From Acidobacteriota bacterium (lineage in GTDB: Bacteria > Acidobacteriota > Terriglobia > Bryobacterales > Bryobacteraceae): DNA of 64,000 nt. The stretch covers positions 5,849-69,848 of the forward strand of contig JBLNDJ010000024.1 of NCBI GenBank assembly GCA_050261515.1, read 5' to 3'. Shown here piece by piece: positions 8,029 to 17,338 of this stretch. Made by a program: the position numbers and the translations under genes. The notes under the pieces were generated by a model. It saw only the letters and a list, made by a program, of their open reading frames with translations. It was not told where the DNA came from and did no database searches. Position 1 is the first letter of the stretch, and each line of letters starts with the position of its first letter.

Positions 8029-9903
8029 ATGAGTGTTCTGACAACCACGATCTCGAGGGCAAAAGAGTTCCGGGAGCGTCTGAAGAATCGCGTGCTCGTC
8101 GCCGATGGGGCGATGGGCACGATGCTCTATTCGCGAGGCGTGTTCATCAACCGGTGCTTCGACGAGCTGAACCTGTCGTCGCCCGGGATGGTGAAGGAAA
8201 TCCACGAAGAGTACGTCAAGGCCGGCGCGGAGATCCTGGAGACGAACACGTTCGGAGCGAACCGCGTGCGGCTGGCCGGCTACGGTTTCGCCGAGAAACT
8301 GCGCGAGATAAACCACGCGGGCGTGCGGCTGGCGCGCGAGGCGGCGGGCGAGCAGGCGTTTGTCGCGGGCTCGATCGGGCCGCTCGGCGTGCGCATCGAG
8401 CCGCTCGGCCCCACCTCCTTCGCCGAGGCGCGCGCCGCGTTCCGCGAACAGATCGAGGCGCTGGTCGAAGCGGGCATCGACCTGCTGGTGCTCGAGACCT
8501 TCGCCAACCTCTCCGAGCTGCACGAAGCCGTGATGGCCGCGCGCGAGGCGGCGGGGCCGGAGTTGGCGGTGGTCGCGCAGGTCACCATCGACGATTTCGG
8601 CAACATGCCCGACGGCGCCGCGACCTCCGTGTTCACCGCCCGGCTCGACGGGTGGCCGGTGGACGTTATCGGGCTGAACTGCTCGGTAGGGCCGAAGAAC
8701 GCGCTCGAGACGATCGAGCAGATGGCGCAGTACACGAGCAAGCCGCTGAGCGCGATGCCGAACGCGGGCAACCCGGCGACGGTCGAGGGCCGCAAGATTT
8801 ATCTCTCTTCGCCCGAGTACATGGCGCAGTACGCGCGGCGGTTTATTTGGGCCGGCGCGAAGGTGATCGGCGGCTGCTGCGGGACAACGCCCGAGCACAT
8901 CAAGCTGATCAGCTCGGAGGCGCGGTCGCTCCAGCCGGCGCGCCGCGGCCTGGCCGTCACGGTGGAGACGCCGGTGGCGCGGGCGCAGGCGATGGAAAAG
9001 GCTCCGGTGGCGGAAAAATCCGCGCTCGGCCGGAAGCTCGCCGAGGAACGGTTCGTGGCCTTCGTCGAGATCCTGCCGCCGCGCGGCGTGGACGCGTCGA
9101 AGGAAATCGAGGGCGCCCGGCTCTGCGCCGCGGCCGGCATCGATTGCATCAACGTGCCCGACGGGCCGCGGGCGAGCGCGCGCATGAGCGCGCAGATCAC
9201 CTGTATGCTGATCCAGCAGCAGGCCGGAATCGAAGCGGTACTGCACTTCTGCTGCCGCGACCGGAACATCCTCGGGATCCAGTCCGAGCTGCTCGGCGCG
9301 CACGCGGCCGGCGTGCGCAATCTCATCTGCATCACGGGCGATCCGCCGCGCATGGGCGCGTATCCGTCGGCGACGGCGGTTTTCGATGTGGACGCGATCG
9401 GCCTGGTCAACATCGTCAACAACCTGAACCACGGGCTCGACCTCGGCGGCAACCCGATCGGCTCGCAGACGCGCCTGCTCATCGGCGTGGGGGCAAACCC
9501 GGGCGCGCTGAACATGGACGAAGAAATTCGCCGCTTCGACTGGAAGGTGGAGGCGGGCGCCGAGTACGTGGTGACGCAGCCGGTGTTCGACCTGAACCTG
9601 CTCGAGCGGTTCTGCCGCCGGGTGGAGCACGCGCGCATCCCGGTAATCGCGGGCGTGTGGCCGCTGACGAGCCTCCGCAACGCCGAGTTCATGGTGAATG
9701 AACTGCGCGTGCCGGTGCCGGACCAGTTCCTGGACCGCATGCGGGCGGCCGACAGCGCCGAGAAAGCGCGGCGGGAAGGCATTGCGATCGCGCAGGAGAT
9801 GGTGACGCGCGCGCGCCCGCTGATCCGGGGCGTGCAGCTCAGCGCGCCGTTCGGCCGCTACCAGATGGCGATCGAGGTGGCCGAAGCCCTCGGCCCCCGT
9901 TAG
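8029..9903 (+). CDS. Bifunctional homocysteine S-methyltransferase / 5,10-methylenetetrahydrofolate reductase (YitJ-like), 624 aa
   Basis: N-terminal half has VLVADGAMGTML and VIGGCCGTTPEHI (Hcy-binding, zinc Cys motif). The C-terminal half is MTHFR-like (FVEILPPRG...CRDRN...ITGDPP). Confidence 0.85.
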   Translation: MSVLTTTISRAKEFRERLKNRVLVADGAMGTMLYSRGVFINRCFDELNLSSPGMVKEIHEEYVKAGAEILETNTFGANRVRLAGYGFAEKLREINHAGVRLAREAAGEQAFVAGSIGPLGVRIEPLGPTSFAEARAAFREQIEALVEAGIDLLVLETFANLSELHEAVMAAREAAGPELAVVAQVTIDDFGNMPDGAATSVFTARLDGWPVDVIGLNCSVGPKNALETIEQMAQYTSKPLSAMPNAGNPATVEGRKIYLSSPEYMAQYARRFIWAGAKVIGGCCGTTPEHIKLISSEARSLQPARRGLAVTVETPVARAQAMEKAPVAEKSALGRKLAEERFVAFVEILPPRGVDASKEIEGARLCAAAGIDCINVPDGPRASARMSAQITCMLIQQQAGIEAVLHFCCRDRNILGIQSELLGAHAAGVRNLICITGDPPRMGAYPSATAVFDVDAIGLVNIVNNLNHGLDLGGNPIGSQTRLLIGVGANPGALNMDEEIRRFDWKVEAGAEYVVTQPVFDLNLLERFCRRVEHARIPVIAGVWPLTSLRNAEFMVNELRVPVPDQFLDRMRAADSAEKARREGIAIAQEMVTRARPLIRGVQLSAPFGRYQMAIEVAEALGPR

Positions 9904-9954
9904 TTTTACGACAATCCGATCCAGGATGCCTTACACTGAATAGCGCTCCCTTCC

Positions 9955-10587
9955 ATGGCGACCGATCTTATTGAAATCGAACCTGACCGGCCCGCGCCGG
10001 AAGCTCTGGACAAAGCGGCGGCGGCGATCCGGCGAGGCTCCGTAATCGCCATCCCGACCGACGCGCTCTACTCGCTGGTCGCCGATCCGTTCAACCTGCA
10101 CGCGGTGGGGAAGGTGTTCCTGGCCAAGGGACGCGAGCCGCACCGCTCGCTGCCGCTGCTCGTCAGCGACACCATGATGGCGGAGGACCTGGTGAAGGAC
10201 CCGCCCTCGCGGTTCTTCGTCCTGGCGAGGCATTTCTGGCCGGGCCCGCTGACCATGATCGTGCCGGCGTCGGCGAAAGTGCCCCTGCGCGTGACGGGCA
10301 ACACGGGGCGCCTGGCGCTCAGGCAGTCGCGCTCCGAGGTCGCCAACGGCCTGCTCGAACGGTTGGGGCAGCCGCTCATCGCCACCAGCGCGAACATATC
10401 CGGCCAGCCCACCTGCCGCAGCGGTATCGAAGTCTTCGGCCAAATGGACAGCCGCGTGGACCTGGTGCTCGACGGAGGGCTCTGCGCCGGCCCGGGCGCG
10501 ACGACGGTGGACGTGACCGAGCCGCTCTGGAAGATCATCCGGGAAGGGGCGATCGCGGAGCGCCAGTTGGCGGAGTGCCTGGGATAA
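9955..10587 (+). CDS. tsaC: L-threonylcarbamoyladenylate synthase (TsaC/YrdC family), 210 aa
   Basis: YrdC-domain pattern: GSVIAIPTDALYSLVADP, FLAKGREPHRSLPLLV, ATSANISGQP. Confidence 0.85.
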   Translation: MATDLIEIEPDRPAPEALDKAAAAIRRGSVIAIPTDALYSLVADPFNLHAVGKVFLAKGREPHRSLPLLVSDTMMAEDLVKDPPSRFFVLARHFWPGPLTMIVPASAKVPLRVTGNTGRLALRQSRSEVANGLLERLGQPLIATSANISGQPTCRSGIEVFGQMDSRVDLVLDGGLCAGPGATTVDVTEPLWKIIREGAIAERQLAECLG

Positions 10588-10595
10588 AAAAGACT

Positions 10596-10676
10596 CACCG
10601 CAAAGACGCAGAGGACGCAGAGAAAATCAAAACCAAAATCTCTTAGATTCTCTGCGTGCTCTGCGTCTCTGCGGTG
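10596..10676. repeat. Long imperfect hairpin (29-nt arms, 27/29 paired, 23-nt AT-rich loop) built of CTGCG periodic units; family A copy 1
   Basis: Arms are caccgcaaagacgcagaggacgcagagaa (10596-10624) and ttctctgcgtgctctgcgtctctgcggtg (10648-10676). It begins 9 nt after the tsaC stop. Confidence 0.9.
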
Positions 10677-10925
10677 GCTTAGCGTTTGTTTCTGCTATGA
10701 TTGGCTTCGGAGCGCGATTCGAAGCCGTATGCCGGCCTCCAATATTTTGATCCAACACTCAAAATAAGGGGGTCCGACTCGGTTCTTGCGCTGGTGTGCA
10801 GGCTCCGGGCCTTCCGGCCGGGAGAAGCCTAAAGGCGCTCGGGGGACACCCGCCCCGTGTACACAACAGGGGTCAAAGACGGGGTCCGGTCTGCGCTAAG
10901 GGGGCGCTCCTTTTTCCCAAGCTTG

Positions 10926-11708
10926 ATGAGGCTCCTCTTCATAGGCGATATTTTCGCTTCTCCCGGCCGCCGCATTGTTGCCGAATGCCTTGCTGAGATC
11001 ATCTCGGCCGAACGGATCGACCTTGCGGTCGCCAACGCCGAGAACGCCGCCGGAGGCTTCGGCATCACGCCTATGATCGCCGAAGAGCTGTTCACGATGG
11101 GCCTGGACGTCCTCACGACGGGCAACCACGTCTGGGACAAGCGCGAGGCCGCCGAGTATCTCGAACGCCAGCCGCGGGTGCTGCGTCCGGCCAACTATCC
11201 CGGCAACTCGCCGGGGAGCGGCATCCACGTCGGGCGCGGGCGTAACGGCGTCGAAGCCGCCATCATCAATCTTCAAGGCCGCACGCACATGCTGCCCATC
11301 GACGATCCGTTCCGCAAGGCGGACGAGCTGCTGAATGCGCTCGACCCGTCGGTGAAGGTGCGGCTGGTCGATTTCCACGCCGAAATCACGAGCGAAAAAA
11401 TGGCGCTCGGGTTCTATCTCGACGGGCGGGTTTCGGCCGTTGTCGGCACGCACACCCACATCCCGACCGCGGACACGCGCATCCTGCCGAACGGCACCGC
11501 CTACCAGACCGACGTGGGGATGACGGGCCCCTACGACTCCGTCATCGGCGTGGATAAGGACGTGATCCTGCGGCGGTTCCTGACCGGCATCCCGGTCCGC
11601 ATGGAGCCGGCGCGGGGTAAGGTAGAATTGCATGCTGTGATTGTGGACGTGGACGAATCCACAGGCAGGGCCATCTCGATCAAGCGGCACACGGCCGAGC
11701 GGAGCTGA
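10926..11708 (+). CDS. ymdB: YmdB-family metallophosphoesterase (2',3'-cyclic-nucleotide phosphodiesterase, TIGR00282 type), 260 aa
   Basis: Canonical N-terminus MRLLFIGDIFASPGRR, TTGNHVWDKRE, GTHTHIPTAD. Start moved from 10857 to the ATG at 10926. Confidence 0.85.
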   Translation: MRLLFIGDIFASPGRRIVAECLAEIISAERIDLAVANAENAAGGFGITPMIAEELFTMGLDVLTTGNHVWDKREAAEYLERQPRVLRPANYPGNSPGSGIHVGRGRNGVEAAIINLQGRTHMLPIDDPFRKADELLNALDPSVKVRLVDFHAEITSEKMALGFYLDGRVSAVVGTHTHIPTADTRILPNGTAYQTDVGMTGPYDSVIGVDKDVILRRFLTGIPVRMEPARGKVELHAVIVDVDESTGRAISIKRHTAERS

Positions 11709-11717
11709 GGGAACGCC

Positions 11718-12506
11718 ATGCCGACGGGGCTCATGCCATACGCGGTGGAATTGCTGACCACGCTTCTGTTCCTGGGCGTGCTCATCTACCTGCGGAAATC
11801 GCTCACCGGGCGGAGCGTCGCCTTCTGGATGCTGCTCTGGGCGGCGCGCGGCGCTGTGTCGCTGTTCGCCGCTCGGTTCGTCTCGAGCGCCGAGTCGCTG
11901 GTTCCGGTGCTCTACGCTCCCTTGCAGATCTTGTTTTCGATGGCGCTGGTCGCGATCGCGGTGCGCCTGGAGCATCAGAAGGAGCAGCTCAGGACGCTCA
12001 ACGATGAGCTCGACCGCCTGCGCCATGAGGCCGCCGGGCAGCAGGATTTCGACCCGCTCACAGGGCTGCGCAACCGCTCGGCGCTGGCGCGGTGGCTGGA
12101 ATCGGGCGGCGGCTTCGAAGGGCTCGTGGTCGTCTGCGACATGGACGATTTCAAGCAGTTCAACGACAACTACGGCCACCTGGTAGGGGACGAGATCCTG
12201 CACGGGGTGGGCAAGCTGATCGGGAACTCGATCCGCGACGAGGACCTGGCGTTCCGCTGGGGCGGCGACGAGTTCGTGATTTTCTTTCACACGAGCGACC
12301 GCGAGCTGGTCGAGGCGCGCATGAAGATGATCGAGGAGCGGCTCGCGGCGTTCCGCATCCGCCAGCACGGCACCATTCCCGTACGGTTCAGCTGGGGCCT
12401 GACCTCGACGCCGGGGCGCTCGTTGCGGGACTGCCTGGAAGAGGCCGACCGGTTCATGTACGAGGTCAAGCGCGCGCGGAGAGTTTCGGGCGCGCAGCGC
12501 GCGTGA
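11718..12506 (+). CDS. Membrane-anchored diguanylate cyclase (GGDEF), 262 aa
   Basis: About 3 N-terminal TM segments, a coiled linker, then DPLTGLRNRSAL..VVCDMDDFKQFNDNYGHLVGDEIL..RWGGDEFVIFF. Confidence 0.85.
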   Translation: MPTGLMPYAVELLTTLLFLGVLIYLRKSLTGRSVAFWMLLWAARGAVSLFAARFVSSAESLVPVLYAPLQILFSMALVAIAVRLEHQKEQLRTLNDELDRLRHEAAGQQDFDPLTGLRNRSALARWLESGGGFEGLVVVCDMDDFKQFNDNYGHLVGDEILHGVGKLIGNSIRDEDLAFRWGGDEFVIFFHTSDRELVEARMKMIEERLAAFRIRQHGTIPVRFSWGLTSTPGRSLRDCLEEADRFMYEVKRARRVSGAQRA

Positions 12507-14392
12507 TGTTCCTGCGAATCCTGCTTCCGGCGGCGCTGCTGTGCGCTTCGGCCGGCGCTTCGCTGGTCCGGCTGGAAGTCACCGAACGCGGCGGCACCCC
12601 CTTATCCTACGAACGCATCTCCGGCAAGGCGTACTTCGCCGTCGATCCGCGGCTCCGGCAGAACCGCATCATCGCCGATATCGCCTACGCGCCGCGGAAC
12701 GCGCAGGGGAAGGTCGAGTTCTCGGCCGATTTCGAGATCCTTCAGCCGCGCGACCCGCACGCCGGCAACGGCACGGTACTGTTCGAGGTGGTGAACCGCG
12801 GAGGCCGCGGCATTCTGAGTTTCTTCGACTGCGGCGAAAACACCGGCGAGCTGTTCTTGTTGCGGCAGGGCTACACGCTCGCCTGGCTCGGGTGGCAGTG
12901 GGACGTGCCGCGCCGGCCCGGCTTGATGCGCCTCTATCCGGTGGTCGCGCGCGACAACGGGAAACCGATCACCGGCCTGGTGCGGGCCGAGTACACGCCG
13001 GACTCCAGGGTGGCCGCGATGCCGCTCTCCGACCGCGGCATGATCGCGTATCCGGCGCTCGATCCGAACGGCCGCGGCGTCCGGTTGACCGTGCGCGAGC
13101 GCGTCGAAGGCGCGCGGCGTGCGATTCCGCGCAGTGCCTGGCGCTTCGGCGCGGACGGAACCAGCGTCGAGATGGACGGAGGCTTCGAGCCGGGCCGCAT
13201 CTACGAGATCGTGTACCGCGCCAAAGACCCCGTGGTCGCCGGGCTCGGACCCGCCGCCGTGCGCGACCTGGTCTCGCACCTGAAGTACGGGCCCGGCGCC
13301 CGCGTAAAGCGCGCCACCGGCTTCGGCGTTTCGCAGTGCGGGCGTTTCCTGCGCTCGTTCCTCTACTGGGGGTTCAACGAGGATGAGGCCGGGCGCAAGG
13401 TGTTCGACGGCATGCTCGCGCACGTGGCCGGCGCGGGCCGCGGCAGCTTCAACCACCGTTTCGCGCAGCCCTCGCGGGACGCGCTGCCCATCGCCAACAC
13501 GTTCTACCCCACCGATATTTTCCCGTTCACCGACCTCGACGAAACCGACACCGCGACAGGCGAAACCGATGGGCTGCTTCGCGCCGCGGTGAAGGCGCGC
13601 GTGGTCCCGAAGATCTTTTACACGAACTCGTCCTACGAATACTACGGCCGCGCCGCCTCGCTGATTCACACGACGCCCGACGGCGCAAGCGACGCGCCCA
13701 TCGCGGACTCCACGCGGATCTACCTGTTCGCCGGAGGGCAGCACGGTCCGGCGCGCTTCCCGCCCCAGCGCAGCCAGTCGCAATATCCGACCAACCCGGA
13801 CGAGTTCCGCTGGTCGATGCGCGCGCTGCTGGTGGCGCTGCAGGAATGGATCGCGGGGGACCGCGAGCCGCCGCCCTCGCAATACCCCACGATCGCCGCG
13901 GGCACGCTCGTTCCGCTCGCCTCCGTGCGGTTCCCGAAGCTCGCCGGAATCGAGTTCCCGGCGTACATCCACAAGGCGTACCGCGTGGATTACGGCCCAC
14001 GCTTCCGTTCGCGCGGCATCGTCGACATCGAGCCGCCGCGCGTGGCGGGCGCTTTCCCGGTCCTGGTTCCGCAGGTGGACGCCGACGGCAACGACCTCGC
14101 CGGAATCCGCATGCCGGAAGTGGCCGTGCCGCTTGCGACCTATACGGGCTGGAACCTGCGGCCGGCTTCGATCGGCGCGCCGGACGAGATGGCGACGCTC
14201 GTCGGCTCGTGGTTCCCGTTCTCGCGCGCAAAAATCGAGGAGCGCTACCGCGGGCGCGAAGACTACCTGGCGCGCGTGACCGCGGCCGCGCGCGAACTGG
14301 CCGGGAAGCGGTACCTGCTCGAGGCCGACATCCCGCGCATCGTCGAGCGCGCGTCCAAAGAGTGGGACCACGGGCTGTTACCATCGAATTGA
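12506..14392 (+). CDS. Secreted conserved hypothetical protein, possibly alpha/beta-hydrolase-like, 628 aa
   Basis: ATG at 12506 overlaps the GGDEF stop (TGATG). Signal-like N-terminus MFLRILLPAALLCASAGA. The segment GFGVSQCGRFLRSFLYWGFNED resembles a nucleophile-elbow region. The function is not established. Confidence 0.5.
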   Translation: MFLRILLPAALLCASAGASLVRLEVTERGGTPLSYERISGKAYFAVDPRLRQNRIIADIAYAPRNAQGKVEFSADFEILQPRDPHAGNGTVLFEVVNRGGRGILSFFDCGENTGELFLLRQGYTLAWLGWQWDVPRRPGLMRLYPVVARDNGKPITGLVRAEYTPDSRVAAMPLSDRGMIAYPALDPNGRGVRLTVRERVEGARRAIPRSAWRFGADGTSVEMDGGFEPGRIYEIVYRAKDPVVAGLGPAAVRDLVSHLKYGPGARVKRATGFGVSQCGRFLRSFLYWGFNEDEAGRKVFDGMLAHVAGAGRGSFNHRFAQPSRDALPIANTFYPTDIFPFTDLDETDTATGETDGLLRAAVKARVVPKIFYTNSSYEYYGRAASLIHTTPDGASDAPIADSTRIYLFAGGQHGPARFPPQRSQSQYPTNPDEFRWSMRALLVALQEWIAGDREPPPSQYPTIAAGTLVPLASVRFPKLAGIEFPAYIHKAYRVDYGPRFRSRGIVDIEPPRVAGAFPVLVPQVDADGNDLAGIRMPEVAVPLATYTGWNLRPASIGAPDEMATLVGSWFPFSRAKIEERYRGREDYLARVTAAARELAGKRYLLEADIPRIVERASKEWDHGLLPSN

Positions 14393-15225
14393 TGAATCCA
14401 ATGCAACCGGGCGAGATGCCCAAGATGCCGATACCGGGCGTGCGGAACCTGGTCGCCGTGGGCTCCGGAAAAGGCGGCGTCGGCAAGACCACCGTTTCCG
14501 TGAACCTGGCGCTGGCGCTCGCGAAGCTCGGCCACAAGACCGGACTGCTCGACGCCGACGTCTACGGCCCGAACGTGCCGCTCATGCTGGGCCTCGACGA
14601 AACGCCGCACGCGATCGGCGACCGCATCCAGCCGCTCGAGAGCAACGGGCTGAAGGTGATGTCGATGGGGTTCCTCGCTCCGGGCGACAAGCCGCTGGTG
14701 TGGCGCGGGCCGATGCTCCACAACGTGATCCAGCAGTTCCTGCGGCAGGTGGATTGGGGCGAGCTCGACTACCTGGTTGTGGACCTGCCGCCCGGCACGG
14801 GCGATGTGGCGCTCTCGCTGATCCAGACGGCGCCCATCACGGGCGCGGTCGTGGTGACGACTCCCTCCGACGTTTCACTCGAAGACGCCCGGAAGGCGAT
14901 AAACATGTTCCGCCAGGTGCGCGTAGAGATCCTCGGCATGGTCGAGAACATGAGCTACCTGGTCTGCCCGCACTGCGACAAGCGCGTGGACGTGTTCAGC
15001 CACGGCGGCGGCCGCCGCACGGCGACCCAGATGGGCGTGCCGTTCCTGGGCGAACTCCCGCTCGACCCGCAAGTGCGCGTGGGCGGCGACTCGGGCGATT
15101 CGGTGGCGCTGCGCGGGCCGGACGATCCGCACGCCGCCGCGTTCTACGAGGTCGCGAAAAACGTCGCGGCCCGCGCCGGCGAACTCGGAGCGCCGAAGAC
15201 GCCGCGCATCGAAGTCAGCGAATAG
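14392..15225 (+). CDS. apbC: Fe-S cluster carrier ATPase Mrp/ApbC/NBP35 family, 277 aa
   Basis: ATG at 14392 overlaps the upstream stop. VAVGSGKGGVGKTTVSVNLA (deviant Walker A); MSYLVCPHCDKRVDVF (CxxC). Confidence 0.9.
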   Translation: MNPMQPGEMPKMPIPGVRNLVAVGSGKGGVGKTTVSVNLALALAKLGHKTGLLDADVYGPNVPLMLGLDETPHAIGDRIQPLESNGLKVMSMGFLAPGDKPLVWRGPMLHNVIQQFLRQVDWGELDYLVVDLPPGTGDVALSLIQTAPITGAVVVTTPSDVSLEDARKAINMFRQVRVEILGMVENMSYLVCPHCDKRVDVFSHGGGRRTATQMGVPFLGELPLDPQVRVGGDSGDSVALRGPDDPHAAAFYEVAKNVAARAGELGAPKTPRIEVSE

Positions 15226-15292
15226 TTCGTGGCTGCCGGCCGGCGGCACAGCGCCCTCTGCACGCGCCCAGCGACGGACCGATAATATCTCC

Positions 15293-16618
15293 ATGCTCAG
15301 GCGCAATTTTCTATTGAGTTCGGCCGGCGCGGGGTTAGGCGCTTCGGCTCTGCGGGGTCAGACGGCGGCCGGCGCGAACGACCGGATCCGCGTCGCCTTG
15401 ATCGGCTGCGGAGGCATGGGGAGCGGCGATCTGCGGGATTTTCTGAGATCCGGCAAGGTCCAATGCGTCGCCCTGTGCGACCCGGACGACAGCCGCGTTG
15501 CCGCCGCGGCGAAGAACGTGGTCGAGCCCGTCCACAGCACGGCGGGCCTGTTCACGACCCGCGATTTCCGGCGCGTGCTCGACATCAAAGACATCGACGC
15601 CGTGATCGTTGCCACTCCCGACCACTGGCACGCGCTCCCCACCATCATGGCCTGCCAGGCGGGCAAGGACGTTTATGTCGAGAAGCCGCTCTCGCTGAGC
15701 ATCGGCGAGGGCCGCGTGATGGTCGATACCGCGCGCCGGCACAACCGCGTCGTCCAGATGGGCACGCAGCAGCGCAGCGCGCCGCACTACAGCGCGGCGA
15801 TCGACTTCGTCAAGAGCGGCCAGCTCGGGAAGATCCGCCTTGTCCGCGCCTGGGCGTACCTCGATTGGGTCGGCGAGACTCCCGTGCTTCCCGATAGCGA
15901 GGCCCCGCCCGAGGTCGATTACGATATGTGGCTCGGCCCCGCCCCCGCGCGGCCCTTCAACCGGAACCGCTTCCACTTCAGCTTCCGCTGGTATTGGGAT
16001 TACTCGGGCGGCCTCATGACGGATTGGGGCGCGCACATGATCGACATCGCCAACTGGGGCATGGGCATCAAGGCTCCCAGTTCGGCGCTCGCGGTGGGCG
16101 GCAAGTTCGGCTATCCGCGGGACGCGATGGAGACGCCCGACACCGAGCAGGTGATCTGGGAGTTCCCCGATTTCAGCATGGTATGGGAGCACGCGCTCGG
16201 CGTGGGCCGCGGCCCGGAGGCGCGCGAGCACGGTGTCGCTTTCCACGGCAACAACGGCGTGCTGGTGATCGATCGCGCCGGATGGGAGGTTTACCCCGAA
16301 ACCGGCAAGACCGACAAGCCCGTCCGCGAATTCAAGATGACCGGATTACCGCGCCAGGACGCGGGCAGCCAGGACTACCACTTCACGCACGTGAAGAACT
16401 TCCTAGACTGCATGCGCACGCGCGAGCGGCCGCACTCGGACGTCGAGATCGGCCACAACTCGATGATCGCCTGCCACCTCGGCAATATGGCCTACCGGCT
16501 CCACCGCGGGATCAAGTGGGACGTCGACAACGAGCGGGTGATCGGCGACCCCGAAGCGCAGGCGATGGTCACGCGGCCGTACCGCGCGCCCTGGAAACTG
16601 CCGGAGGAAAAGGCGTAG
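15293..16618 (+). CDS. Gfo/Idh/MocA-family oxidoreductase with twin-arginine signal, 441 aa
   Basis: MLRRNFLLSSAGAGLGASAL (RRxFL TAT motif), then IRVALIGCGGMG (Rossmann fold) and EKPLS. Confidence 0.85.
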   Translation: MLRRNFLLSSAGAGLGASALRGQTAAGANDRIRVALIGCGGMGSGDLRDFLRSGKVQCVALCDPDDSRVAAAAKNVVEPVHSTAGLFTTRDFRRVLDIKDIDAVIVATPDHWHALPTIMACQAGKDVYVEKPLSLSIGEGRVMVDTARRHNRVVQMGTQQRSAPHYSAAIDFVKSGQLGKIRLVRAWAYLDWVGETPVLPDSEAPPEVDYDMWLGPAPARPFNRNRFHFSFRWYWDYSGGLMTDWGAHMIDIANWGMGIKAPSSALAVGGKFGYPRDAMETPDTEQVIWEFPDFSMVWEHALGVGRGPEAREHGVAFHGNNGVLVIDRAGWEVYPETGKTDKPVREFKMTGLPRQDAGSQDYHFTHVKNFLDCMRTRERPHSDVEIGHNSMIACHLGNMAYRLHRGIKWDVDNERVIGDPEAQAMVTRPYRAPWKLPEEKA

Positions 16619-16621
16619 CCG

Positions 16622-17338
16622 CTACCCGTTGAGCGCGGCCAGATCCTCGGGACGGCCGACGTCGCGCCACGAGCCCTCGATCGCCGCGATGCGCAGCTCG
16701 ACGTTGTCCGCCAGCATCATCTCGAAGATCGACGTCAGCTCGTACTCGTTTCGCGGCGAAGGCTCCAGCCGGTCGAGATACGGGAAGACCACCGGCCGCA
16801 TCGCGTACAGCCCCGCGCTGTTCCAGTGCGTCGTCGAGGTGCCCTTGGGCGGCTTCTCGATCACGTTGTACATGCGGGCGTCCTTTTCATAGACGGCCGC
16901 GCCCTGGAAGGGATCGTCCACCCATTTCACGCCGAGCACGGCGCCGGCCGCGGGATTGTCCTGCAGCACGCGCGCGCACGCCGAATACGCCTCGGGCTCG
17001 CAGATGATGTCGCCGAAGGTGAGCAGGAACGGCTCGCCCGCCGTGAACTCGCGCCCGAGCCGCGCCGCCGAGCCCGTCCCGTTCACCGGATCTTGCAGCC
17101 TGAACTCCACCGGCAGCCGCCAGTCGCGGAAGTGCTCCTCGACGATCTCGCGGCGGTAACCGACCACGATCAGGAACCGCTCCATGCCCGCCAGCGCCAG
17201 CCGGTCGAGCACGTGCTCGAGCATCGGCTTGCCCTGCACGCGCAGCATCGGCTTGGGGACTTCGGATGTGATCTCGCCCATGCGGGTTCCCCGCCCCGCC
17301 GCCAGGACCACCGCGCTCCGCACGGTCTTCTCAGCCAT
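16622..17338 (-). CDS. Sugar-1-phosphate nucleotidyltransferase, 238 aa
   Basis: SAVVLAAGRGTRMG NTP-transferase signature. The ATG at 17338 (MAEKTV) overlaps the galK stop by 8 nt. The ORF-track start at 17365 is less likely. Confidence 0.8.
   Translation of the reverse strand: MAEKTVRSAVVLAAGRGTRMGEITSEVPKPMLRVQGKPMLEHVLDRLALAGMERFLIVVGYRREIVEEHFRDWRLPVEFRLQDPVNGTGSAARLGREFTAGEPFLLTFGDIICEPEAYSACARVLQDNPAAGAVLGVKWVDDPFQGAAVYEKDARMYNVIEKPPKGTSTTHWNSAGLYAMRPVVFPYLDRLEPSPRNEYELTSIFEMMLADNVELRIAAIEGSWRDVGRPEDLAALNG

Noticed and set aside
10796-10996. A 66-aa ORF in the ymdB upstream region, and a possible c-di-AMP (ydaO-type) or c-di-GMP riboswitch suggested by strings such as CGGGGGACACCC and AGGGGTCAAAG.
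   Set aside because: The ORF overlaps the ymdB start in another frame and has no RBS. The riboswitch resemblance is limited to short G-rich strings. I could not build the conserved helices or find the other invariant segments from memory. It is kept only as an unexplained leader in the findings.
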